Source: Trichodelitschia bisporula
Taxonomy: Eukaryota
Length of the DNA stretch: 64,000 nt
Direction: 5' to 3'
NCBI GenBank assembly: GCA_010356995.1
Contig: ML996708.1
Span: 1 to 64,000 of the forward strand
The notes beneath the pieces were generated by a model. That model was not told the DNA's origin, made no database searches, and was given only the letters and a program-made list of their open reading frames with translations. A program made the translations under genes and the position numbers. Position 1 is the stretch's first letter. Each line of letters opens with the position of its first letter. Shown one piece after another: positions 1-11,279 of the stretch.

Positions 1-34
1 CAACTTATGATGCTGTGATGTCTTCATTGATCAC

Positions 35-548
35 TCATCCCCTTTCAACACCATCCGCCGCCAACCCCCGCTCGGAGATCTTGAACCATGAAAGCGTGTT
101 CAGATCCACCTGTTCGACAGGCCCCGTGTACCGTGCGAGGTAGTTCACGATCGGACCCTTGTGGCTCCCAAACCAAGGACTCCATAGGAAGCGTACCTCA
201 CTACCTGCGCGGGCAGGTGCGATAAGCGTCGGTGCCCGCGAGTCGGCGTTACATGCCATCGCTGGGGAGGTTTGGTCCACGATGGCGAAACGCCGCGAGG
301 TCCGCTGGTTGTAGGCGAAAGCGATGCGCGGGCTTGGGAAGCGATCATCGCGTTCACTGGGGGGTTAGATTGGAGGTTGGTATGGCCGGCGTCTTACGGT
401 GAGTAGCCCCAATACCTAAATGGTTAGCAGTACGGGCGGCAAGTGGAAGTACGTACAACTGGCCGTCAACGGCGAGGTGTCGCACGTGGCCGTGGGCGAA
501 TGCGCTGCCTGCGAGGCCGAAGGCTGACAACCAGGTCGAGAGTAGCAT
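35..548 (-). pseudogene. AA9 (GH61) lytic polysaccharide monooxygenase, apparently C-terminally truncated
   Basis: ATG at 548. Signal peptide MLLSTWLSAFGLAGSAFA is followed by N-terminal His (HGHV). Two 41-nt GT-AG introns (456-416, 397-357) flank an 18-nt micro-exon. Spliced product has AA9 motifs MACN, ARAGSEV, SHKGPIVNYLA and WFKISERG, then TGA at 35-37 before the H-x8-Q-x-Y motif. Confidence 0.65.
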
Positions 549-955
549 TTCGGCGGAGAGATGGGAGAGGCTTCGGAGACGTGAAGCGGGAAACGGGAGG
601 CATCCCGCTTTATGAGAACCAAGGCGACTTGCTGCAATATGTTGAACGAGAATTTTCAAGTCCCCAGCGTTTTTTGACCTTTGGCAAAGGCTAAACGATC
701 GATCCAGATTAGAACGAAAACGAGCAAGACAGACTGTTCTGCCTGGACCAATGACGTGCACGTGAGATCGGACCTATATGGAGGCAATTAATTTACGGAT
801 TCGACCACTGATGTTCAAAGGAAGGCAACTCAGGATTACAATTAGACTACCAGCATCAAGATAAACAAAAGGCCCAAACCCGGGTATGCAACCGCCCCTC
901 CTTGTGAAGCGAACGTCGGGTTTCGAACACCAAAAAATGAAGACCGAAGCGGACA

Positions 956-3095
956 CTATGCGGTCTGACCATAGCCCGTTCCACTGGGAGCGGACTGCCC
1001 ATAACCAGTGCCGCTCGGAGCCGACTGTCCATATCCAGTACCGCTGGGAGCTGGCTGACCGTATCCTGTACCGGTGGCCGGCTGTCCGAAGTCGGCTCCG
1101 GTTGGAGCTGACTGTCCATAACCATTGCCGCCTCCAGCAGGCGATCCATAGCCATCGCCGCCCCCCGCAGGCGGCCCGTCACCTGTTCCGGGCCCTCCAG
1201 GGGGCTGATAACCGGTCGCTGGAACGTCGCCGCTACCAGCATATGGCGGATTTGCGGCCACCGGGCAGGCCTTCGGAGCGTGCCGCCGCCGACATGCGGC
1301 GCAGTACGGACGGCGGAGAGCCCATGCCAGTGCAGCTGCGAGAAGAGCGGCCAAAAAGGCGAGAATAGCCAAGAGGACGATGAGTGCGATGTCCCAGGAG
1401 TCGTGGCATGCTGGGATGGCGTTGGAGGTGACAGTAGGCGAGAAATCGAAAAGAGGGGTAGTGGCAGACGAGAAGTCGTAGAGGGTGAGGGTGCGGTTGA
1501 CGGTGACAGTTGTGGTGCCGGCAAAGCTGGTGCTGGTGATGGTTGCGTTGGCCACGGTGACGGTGGTGGTGCCGGCGAAGCTGGTACTGGTAATGGTTGT
1601 GTTGGCGACGGTAACGGTACTGGTTTTGCCGGCGTCCGTGACCGTGGTCGTGAGGCCCGCAGCAATGATGGTCTTGCCTGCATCGGTAGTAGTTTGGCCG
1701 GCGTCCGTGAGCGTAGTCGTGAGGCCGGCAACGGTAGTGGTTTGACCTGAATCCGTAACTGTAGTCGTGAGACCGGCAACGGTGGTGGTTCTCCCAGCAT
1801 CCGTGACGGTTGCGGTCTGCCCGGGAACGGTAGTGGTTTGACCTGCATCCGTGACTGTGGTTGTATGGCCGGCATTTGTTATAGTTGTGGTCGCTCCCGC
1901 GTTCGTTACTGTTGTGGTTGCTCCCGCGTTCGTTACTGTTGTGGTTGCTCCCACGTTCGTCACTGTTGTGGTCGCTCCCGCGTTCGTCACGACGGAGGTG
2001 GAAGTCGAGGTGGAGACGGATGTCACTGTCGACGTCAGGCCGGCATTGGTGACCGTGGTAGTCAGTCCAGCGTTGATGACGGTCGTTGTCGCACCGGCAT
2101 TCGTCACTACGGATGTGGAAACGAAAGTGATGGTAGAGGTCGCGCCGAAGTCGATCACCGTAGTGGTAGTTGTGCCCGTCGAAGTCATGACAATAAAAAC
2201 GCTGATGGTGCTGGTTGCGCCGGCATCAGTCACAGTAGTCGTCCTCCCAGCATCGGTCACGGTGGTCGTCTGGCCCGCATCGACAACGGTAGTCGTTTTG
2301 CCCACATCAACGGTAACGGTTGACGTCCTGCCGGCATCAATAACGAGCACCGTCTTCCCGGCATCCGTGACGGTCGTAGTCTGCCCAGCGTCAATGACCG
2401 TTATCGTCTTTCCGGCATTGATAACGGTCGTCGTCTGCCCCGCGTCAATTATAGTTGTCGTCTTTCCGGCATCGGTGACAGTCGTTGTCTGTCCGGCGTC
2501 AATGACAGTTGTCGTCTTGCCCACATCGGTGACAGTCGTCGTGACATTCGGCGGCAGCACGCATCCGGTGTAGACAGTCTGATGGATGCTTGTGATGTTC
2601 TCATATGTGGTCCCACCTCCACAGATTGGCTCTCCGACGGTGATCGTGTGCAACTGAGACACAACCGAGGTAACGGGGACGCATGATGCTGATGGACATG
2701 AGAGAGGCGGACATGTGGTCTTTGTGGTGATGGTGGTAGTCACCAGAGAGCACACACTCTCCGGGTATGTTGAAGCCGGCGTTAACGTCGAAGTTGTCGA
2801 TGACGTTGTCCAGGACTGGCGTAGAGATAAGCTTCAGACTAAGGAGGGTATCGTAGCAAAGGTAGATACATACCGATGATGGCGACGTAGGTGGGAGAGG
2901 CGGTGCAGACGAGACGCTTGTCTCCTCGACGCAGGTTGTGGAAGGGTAAGCAGGGCCAGCCAATGATGCGAAGCCCGGGTACTTGAGTTGGAGTGCCGAG
3001 TGCTGCGGCCACCCGTCACCAAGCTCTTTCCCTCCACCTCCGCCTTGCACAGCAACTGCGCAAAATCCGACGACATTCCAAACTTCCGCGCGCAT
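956..3095 (-). CDS. Thr-rich tandem-repeat type I membrane protein (adhesin/mucin-like) with Gly/Tyr/Gln-repeat cytoplasmic tail
   Basis: ATG 3095 (MRAEVWNVVGFCAVAVQG, signal-like). A 58-nt intron 2873-2816 (GTATGT..CAG) joins the 956..2755 frame. Many (D/N)AGxTTTV(T/I) repeats, a hydrophobic helix IALIVLLAILAFLAALLAAALAWAL, and C-terminal GTGYGQSAPS repeats. Confidence 0.75.
1500..2540 (-). repeat. Coding minisatellite, ~27-bp unit encoding (D/N)AGxTTTVT
   Basis: Near-identical 27-bp units on the + strand (e.g. ctcccgcgttcgttactgttgtggt at 1894-1990), with degenerate copies across the interval. Confidence 0.85.
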
Positions 3096-3567
3096 ACTTT
3101 CTTCTGCTTCTACTGTTTCTGGGGAAACCCTGTGCAGCATCAAACACCAACCTAGGTACCGGTACCATGACTCTTTATGTACAGCGCAGCGAATGCGCGA
3201 ATTCAGTTCCTGCGCTGGACGGCAGACGCAGCGATGATCGGACAGCGAAGCCGAAGCACCCTGTCGCAACTATGCAGCTCGCATCGGAGCTGTCCTACCG
3301 GAGCTGGTGACGATGGGCTGCGCAACCATGCGATAGGTACTTTGCGAATGTACGACGCCACGAAGCGATGCGCCATTGGCTGCGCAACGCCCATCACGCC
3401 GCGCCGACCTGAAAGCTGCATGGAAAGCAGGCTTCAGCCCCAAATATCCAGCAATTGCGGTCAAGCGGGCTCGGTGACAGTCAACAAACAGTCAGGCATC
3501 TCAGAGGCACACGTCTCGGGGACAGGATTCTTTGGAAAGCTCATAATCATTGCAACGCTAAACTCAA

Positions 3568-5966
3568 TCAAGCCATTGGCATCTCAATATCCTCTTCCTT
3601 CCGCTGCGACTCGTAGATTTCGGACGAATCGGGATGCAAGAAAAGGAACGCAATCACAAAAATCGCTCGCAGCTCCAACAGCTCCGCCAGCCGCTTGCAC
3701 ATGTCGGACTTGCTGACCGAGCTTCGTGATGCGGGGTCATCGCCAAACACAATGTTCGGCTCCTCGATGAGCCCCTGCGCGAGGTCCCAGTCACGTAGGC
3801 GCAGACCGAGCAGCTTCCAGTCCATGGTCTCGCCCTTCTTCTCGTCGTCCTCGTCATCCACGAGCTCCATCTCGCCCTCGCCCTCGCGCAGCATCGGCGG
3901 CCGCCACGCCTTGACGATGCCGCCGACGACGGCCGCCTCCTTCTTGCCCCACGACTCGCAGTACAGCGGGTTGTGGAGCCGCACCAGCTCGCCGGCGTCC
4001 TGCCCGTTGGCGCTAGCCTTGGCCTTCTTGAGGTTCGCAAGCATGGCGTCACCTTTGGCGTCCTGCATCGCCTCGAAGCCCCAGTGGCCGTGGATGAGGA
4101 ACTGGATGGCGATGTCGAGCACGAGGATCTGGATCCACAGGCAGTTGATGGCCTGGTAGTCAAGCAGGTTGATCTGGCCGGCCTCACGAATCGACAGGGA
4201 CCAGCTATCGAGCTCGAACTTGCGCAGCAGCTTGTACGTGTCAGGCGTAAGCACCGCGTTGACTTCCCACTTCTCCTCGTTGGGGATGACCTCGCGCTGC
4301 ACGGTGCTGGGCATGCCGTCATAGATGTCGCGCATCTTGTTGATGCCCCAGCCGTACGTGCCGACGTCGGACGAGCCGATACCGCTGCCGAGGAGATAGA
4401 GCGAGCTCTCGCGCGCCCACGTAAGTGTGCCCTGCGTCATGGCCTTGGAGAGCTCGGTGGAAACGCGGAACGGGGACGGGTTCATGCTGTAGAAGTGCTT
4501 CGCGCGACGCCGAACCCAGGGGATGAAGGGGTACAGCAGTGAGCGCGACGGGTGGCCGCAGACGACGCCATTGATCGTCATGAACGAGGCCGCGGCGTAG
4601 ATAGTGGGCATGTTGCTGCCGGTTTTGGCCTGCCACTGCGCCATGCAGCCCTCGAAAACGCCCTAGGGAGTTAGCAGAGATAGGGCAAGCGCGGAAAAAA
4701 CTAACTGCAAAGTCATCGTTGTCCTTGACGATGAGACTCCGCAACTGGGTCTCAGGCGTATCGTACGAGCGGGTGCGCCGCTCCGGTTGGTCCATTTCCT
4801 GCGCTGTCAGCTGCGTCGGTGCTTTGGAGGCGGGGAGCACGCACCTGGTCAGTCATCCGGCGCTTGAGGGAGTGCAGCTGGACCTCTTGTTTTTCCAATA
4901 TGCGCATCAGGAAGCGGCGCATGATCGTCGCTTCGAGATACGCGGGCCCGGTCGAGTATCCACGGCCCGCCGCGATGATATCGGCACGCTCTTCGTCGTC
5001 GTAGACGCCTGTGGGCAGGTTGTCAACCATTGCGCGGTGCAGCGTATACAGGGGATAGTATGTGGCCGACGTGAGGTATTTGCCGAAGCTCTGCTGGCCG
5101 TGGATGAGGTCGCGCCCGCGGAACACCCACTCCGCCTCGCAACGGCTGATGAGCGAGCGGAAGGCGACCAGATCGCCTTCGAAGCGCAGCACCTTGCCGA
5201 GGACGTTGTTCAGCTGCGTGGTGATGGTGCCGAACGGACTTAGCGCGCGGAAGAAGCGATTCGGGATATCCAGCTCGACGGACTGGAAGCCCAGTATGAA
5301 GGCGAGCACGCCAATTTGCCGCAGCTTAACGCGCTGGATTGGTGTGTCCATGCTCGCCGGCACGGTCTCTGCGTCGACGACCTCAATGGTAAGCGAACGC
5401 GTGTCGCGGATGCCGAGCGCTGTGATGAGCTGCGCCCAGGACGAGCGAGGTCTACCAAACTTGCGAAGCGGGTGCCGGAAACGGTACCACTGGAAAACGA
5501 ACCACTCATTCCAGTCGAGGTCCTTGGCCGTGATAAGGCCGCCGCTCTTGCCGTTGCGTCCGCGCGCGATCATGCACGTCAGGTCGTCGGCGATGGTGTT
5601 GCGGTCAATGGACTCGCTCGACTCAATGGCGCGCCAGCGCCAGTCGTGCGCCTTCGCGATGCGCCGCAGCTCCGGCACACGCGAGATGCTGCGCTGCTCT
5701 GACGACATGAAGAGCAGTAGCAGCGTGCCTGTGTCCATTTTAATCAGGGGGTAAAAGACGCGCAGCTTCCAGGAGCCGAAGTTCCAGCTATACTTGGTCT
5801 GATGTGCCGATACACCGATAGCTTGCGGGCTGCACAGGTTGCGAGTGGTGCTAGAGGACATGTACTCGAGGATGACTTGTAAGAAGGCGACGATAAAGGC
5901 GGCCGCCGCGAGCAGCACGGCCGCGAAGGCCGTGACTGTGTTGGAGTCCCAGGTAAATTTGGCCAT
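3568..5966 (-). CDS. Modin (Podospora MOD-A)-like protein with N-terminal transmembrane helix
   Basis: Three exons, introns at ~4844-4799 (GTGCGT..CTGAC..CAG) and ~4705-4663 (GTTAGT..CTAAC..TAG). N-terminal TM + LQVILEY + C + aromatic stretch, a central PASMDTP..LAFILG..D block and C-terminal LRAIFVIAFLFLH resemble modin-family motifs as I recall them. Confidence 0.5.
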
Positions 5967-7610
5967 CGTTGAGAGTGGAATACTGGCGTGGTGGGGGGAG
6001 ACCTGAACAGGGGAGGGGCTGCGGTTTGGCTACAGCAGCGACGCTCTAGAAAGGACTCAATAACGAAGATGCAGTGTCCTGGCAACTGCAGTGTCAAAAA
6101 ATCGATTACGAGCACGCGCAGACCAGGACAATCGGGTATTTATCAGCGACATCACAGCGCGACGGCAACATTCAGCCGCAATCTCGACTCCTGATGGGGG
6201 GGGGGCCAACAATCGCGATTGTGGCGCGGGGGTGCGGACTCGAGAATGAGGCTGAGCGGGGATGGGGGATGGTGGAGGGTGGGTTGGTGACGATATTGGC
6301 GAAGGGATGGAAAGGTGAGTTGCTCATGCAATGGCGAGGCTCACACGGGCAGTGTGCTGATAAATTCTCTAATCAACGTGGACTGATCGCTCGCGCAGGC
6401 TGCAATAATAATACCGGCACGGTTCGACGCTTCCCCCGCTCGGCGTTCTGCAAGCCATGAGGGGCACGGTGTCAGATGTTCACGCAGCGGGAACTGGCCG
6501 CTTTGGGGAAGAGCTGGCGGCTCCCTAGCGAATAATAATGATGCCTGGGGCCTCATGCAGCCCCTCGTCTGTGACTGGCCTGCGAAACCGGGGCCGTGGT
6601 TTGGCGGGGAGGCTGTGCTTTCCCCGTGATTACGATAACCTTACCCCCCGCACTGTGCGGACCTGACGATCTGTAGGGCGCGTTTTGATAGACAACTTCA
6701 ACCCTTCGATGCCAGGCAAAGCGGGGCGTCGAAACTGGAAGGTGTGGAAAGTTCCGCGCTAGGATATCCACTAGGTCTACCGTCGGTTGAAGGGGTGGAA
6801 CGACGAGGCTGTATTCTTGACACCACACTTCTTTCAGCTGAGCGCATTTGGAATGCGGAGCCGCAATTGACATCAAAGTTGATGCGGTCCTACTTTTAGC
6901 ATACCATGCGATATACCCAGGCTCCAGCGAACGTTGGCTTCCCCCCTGCGCAGAAATTGGGTGAGTGTTGCGGCTTTGCTGGCTGAGGCGTCTCCGCGCC
7001 TCCACTGCTCTCTGCGATTTGCTGCCCCTCTTGAGCCCTCTCAACCCTCTTCCTCCACACCCCAAACTCCACCATCCCCTGGACCCTCCCTCGATTCTCA
7101 CGAGTTGCTCGATTCTTGGCCCTGCTTCAACCCCTTGACCCTGCTTAACCCCCTTCCGCGATAGCCCCGCCATGTCACTGGCATGAACTGCACAGATGCT
7201 GAGGAAAGGAGGCCGCTTTAGTTATCCTGGCCAGGGAACTCATTCTTCTACGGTGCTAGTGGTATCTGAACTTGGCCATCCGCCCACCTTGCCATGCCGC
7301 CAAGGCATGTCGCAAGCGCTTCAGCCCCTCGTATTCCTTCCTTGATGTGGCGGCGAGGCAGAGTTCACAGCGGAGATCCGCTAAAGTGAGGCCTCATTAT
7401 TGTGGCCTCAAGCAGTGGGGCTTAGACCAGTTTACGCCTCACCTCGTCATTGCTTGCTGGGCGTTCATCGGGACATCTGGATTCCCCCCCTTGCCAGAAC
7501 CACGTTCCTAAGCTTAAAACTGCATGATTTGCGTGATATAAGCGTTACCCGTTGTTCTACATACATTCGTACACATTTGGCTCCTTGTATTTCCCATCAT
7601 TTTGAACATC

Positions 7611-10324
7611 ATGGGTAACGCTCAAAGTTCACCCCCCGAGGACGGACCCCCGAGCACCTCGTCCGGGCGTCCCGATACATCCAGCACTGAACGCCCCGCA
7701 TCGAGTGGGGTAGCTCCGCAAGACAGTTCGCAAGCACAAGGCTCAACTCCAGGTTAGTACAACAGAACGGCTTCACCGACTGGGCTAACTTTCACAGAAA
7801 AATCGCCTCGCAACCCCACATCCACTGGTGCGGATAGCAGCGGTGAAAATGCCAGTACCGCCGAGTCCCGCGTCGACAGCGCAGTGGATGTCGGCGATGC
7901 GACTGTCACCGCTGCGGCAGTCCCCGCTGCGGCAGTCCCTGCAGATACTGCGGAGCAGCCGAAGGAGGGTCTGGTAGCCGAGCGCGCGGCCTGGTTCCAG
8001 GCGACTCGCACCGCGACCGCGAAGAAGATGGCCGAAAAGGCGCTCGAGATCCAGACGTACCAGTCCACGCCTGTCCTCATCGACAGTACGACCAACCAGA
8101 CAGCGCAGACGACTGTGCGCTACAAGGTCCACATCGACTTGTATCAGGGCCTCAAGACGTCTGTCAAGGCCAGCTTAAGCACCCTGACCACGTCGGACGA
8201 CGAAGATGCTCTCCGCGAGATGCGCACCATCATCCGCTGCCCAATGGACCATGGCATGTACTATCTCGACGCCGTGGTGGAGATGCTGGCCAAAGACCTG
8301 GAGGCGCATGTCATCCACGTCGATTCCCAGGACCTGGCCGATGTGGCCCAGTACCTCGGCGAGTTTAACGAGGGACGCGTGAAGCTTGAGAAGGCACTTA
8401 CCCAGACTCACTACGTGTGCCACCCTGCGGGCGAGTCCGAATCCGAGGTCAGCGTCTATGACAGCGACTACTGCCCTACCTCGTTGGCGATGACCCGTCA
8501 GCTCAATGCCTTCTGGGACGCCATCCTCGACTCGTGCGCCGGGCCCATAGGGGATGCAAAGGCGGACAACGATGCTACTAGTGACGCTGGCAGCGACAGC
8601 GACGACGAAGACAAGACACCGAAGGTCAAGCCCCATGGCACGCCGCTGTTCATCCACCTCCGCGACTTCAAAGAAGTGGCTGCGAGCCGCTTCGGCAAGA
8701 CAGTTCTCGAGTCCTTGGACGAGCGGCTCAACGAGCGCCGCGAGCGCGGCCAACCCGCCCTGTTCATCGGCTCATTCTGCACGGCGCGCCTGCTTGGCGA
8801 GATGCGCCACCCGTCGGCGAAGCACGACAGCAACAACCCGCTCAAGCCGGACGGGCAGATCGTTGATATCACGCCACCGGCGAACAGTCTGCAGCGGGCC
8901 GTGCTGTCCAACGACTTATTCCGCTGGAACCTCGAGACAAATGTCCGGCGACTAAAACACGCCGTGCGCGCCCTCGGCAACAGGACACCCGCCGCAGATG
9001 ACCTGTTCCACCCGCTAACATCGTGGGACACGAGCTTGCTCCCTGAAAGCCTCCGCAAGAGCCTTGAGAAGGCGGTGTGGCCGCAGAGTCAGGTAATGAA
9101 GGTGGCGAAGCTGGTGTGCGGACTGCCGACGGGGCAGGAGGTGAAGCTAGCGGACCTAGCGGACCTTGTACGGGTCAAGGACTCGTGCGACGAGCTGAAT
9201 AGCAGCTTTGCGGCGGCGCAGCCGCAGGCGGCGGGCTCGACGACGGCGGTGGATTCGGATACGGAGAGTGTGGGACGGGATATTGATGCGCGGTTGGAGG
9301 CGTTGATGGAGAATGATAGCGATGTGGTTAAGGAGCTGTTGCGGGGCGTGACGAAGCCTGGTATGTTTTCCCGCAGGCAGAGTGAGCGAGGCTGAGGCTA
9401 ACCGGATCAGGCACGTACAACATCCATTTTTCGGACGTCATCCTCGACCGCGGGGTCAAGCAAAGCCTGCGCACCTTGATCAAGTTGTCCATCGAGCGCC
9501 CACAGGCGTACACCTACGGCGTGCTAAAGGGCAACCGCATCCCAGGCGTACTGCTCTACGGCCCACCAGGCACAGGCAAGACCCTCCTCGCCAAAGCCAT
9601 GGCCACAGAATCAGGCTGCACAACCCTCGAAGTATCCGGCGCGCAAGTCCTACAGCGCTACGTCGGCGAGTCGGAAAAGATCATCGCCAAAATCTTCGAA
9701 GTCGCCAAAGCGCTGCAGCCGTGTGTCGTCTTCCTCGACGAAGCCGACAGCGTCTTCACCAAGCGCAGCGACAAGGGCAACAGCTGGGAGCGCACAATGG
9801 TAAACCAGTTCCTGCACGAGTGGGACAGCATGGCGCACGGGTCGGAAAATGCCTTCATCGTCGTCGCCACCAACCGGCCGCAGGACATCGACGACGCCAT
9901 CCTGCGCCGCCTCCCGCAGCGCATCCACATCGGCCTCCCGGGGCTGAGCGACCGCCTCGCCATCCTCCAGCACTATCTCGCGGACGAGCGCGCGACAGAC
10001 GTGGACCTCGTGACGGTAGCGCGCTACACAGCGCGGTACTCCGGGTCCGATCTCAAGAACCTGTGCGTGCAGGCGGCGACGCGCGCGGTGCAGGATGAGT
10101 TGCTCGGGCCCAGCGCGACGGAGCCGGGGGCGCCGCGCCCGCGACGCGTCCTGAATAATCGCCACTTTGCGTTGGCGCTGCAGGATATACGGCCGTGTGT
10201 GACGAATCAGATGCTGTTGGATCTGCGCAAGTTTGATGAGTCGGGGCACATGGATCCGTATTCGGGGATGGGCCGGCGGCAGCGGACGGCAAAGAAGGTG
10301 GGGCGGTTGTTTGGGCGGAAGTGA
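7611..10324 (+). CDS. AAA+ ATPase (Msp1/ATAD1/spastin-like C-terminal module) with long N-terminal region
   Basis: ATG 7611 (MGNAQS). Introns 7753-7797 and ~9361-9410. Walker A GPPGTGKT, Walker B VVFLDEAD, second region of homology ATNRPQDIDDAILRR, YSGSDLKNLC. Confidence 0.85.
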
Positions 10325-10440
10325 TGGATTTTGAAGTTGTTTTTGCTTTGCGTTGCTTTACTTTGCTTCGGAGTTGGGGATGGGAGATACCAGACTGTCT
10401 AGATTGTGTTTGACGGCTCCAAGCAACAAGCCGTGGGCAT

Positions 10441-10742
10441 TTGATTGAGATACCGGCGGCAAGGCTGCGACGGCGTTTTGTTTCCTGCTCGTTGGATGCA
10501 ACTAGAGCGGATGATTTACGTAGATGGCATGATTTCATCTATTAGTACGTTAAGACCAAGTCGATCAGTGATACGTGATATTTCTCTCACCCCATCCTTG
10601 CCCGTCGAAGTACGAAGGTAGGCGTTGGATTGAGATACTGGCGGCAAGGCTGCGACGATGATTTACAGTACGTGAATGAAATGACTATATATGACTGCCT
10701 CTGAGCCACACCAACAGTTCTAAGTGATATATTCCTCTCATC
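10441..10742 (+). repeat. Degenerate local duplication in intergenic DNA
   Basis: gattgagatacYggcggcaaggctgcgacg at ~10443 and ~10628, each followed by gatgatttac, agtacgt and gtgatat..ctctca blocks in the same order. Confidence 0.7.
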
Positions 10743-11279
10743 AACGCTGGACGTCAAACTAGGCTTCAGACAAGCTTCTCACGGAATCCTGCAGCATCCC
10801 CATCCCCGCCCATAAGCCGGCCCGCACTGGCGCTACCAGCAACGCGGATCCCACACGTTTTTCGCCCCCACCGGCGCGGGCCGTACCAGGCGAAATATGG
10901 CAAGCTGTATAATCCGTAAAACACGAGAAAATCCCACGAGAATCACCCAGCACGGCGAAGCTTAAGCAAACCAGAAAACCAGTGGGTTCTGCGTCTGGCG
11001 TATCTTCACTATAACCTTACGATACTTGGAGCGCGGAACCCAAAAGTCGGCCGCAGGATCGGTCATACGAGAACTACCCGGCACGGCAAAGACTCAGCAA
11101 CTCAAAAACCAACCGTTAACACATACCGCATCGCCATCTCGCGCGTCTTCGCCCTTAAGAGAGCGGAAGCCAAAATTACATACCGTAGCAATAACATCAA
11201 GAAAAAGCGCCAGCTGCATCCTAAACGGACTAGAACTACCCGCGAATAAAACCCAACCCTAACCCCAACCCTGACCCGC

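Noticed and set aside
856..2573. Alternative-frame and antisense ORFs over the Thr-repeat gene
   Set aside because: By-products of a stop-poor repeat; only one frame has a signal, TM and tail architecture.
11250..11278. Telomere-like CCCTAA/CCCCAA run (also near 43349)
   Set aside because: Only one exact CCCTAA in each; explained by local C/G skew near gene ends.
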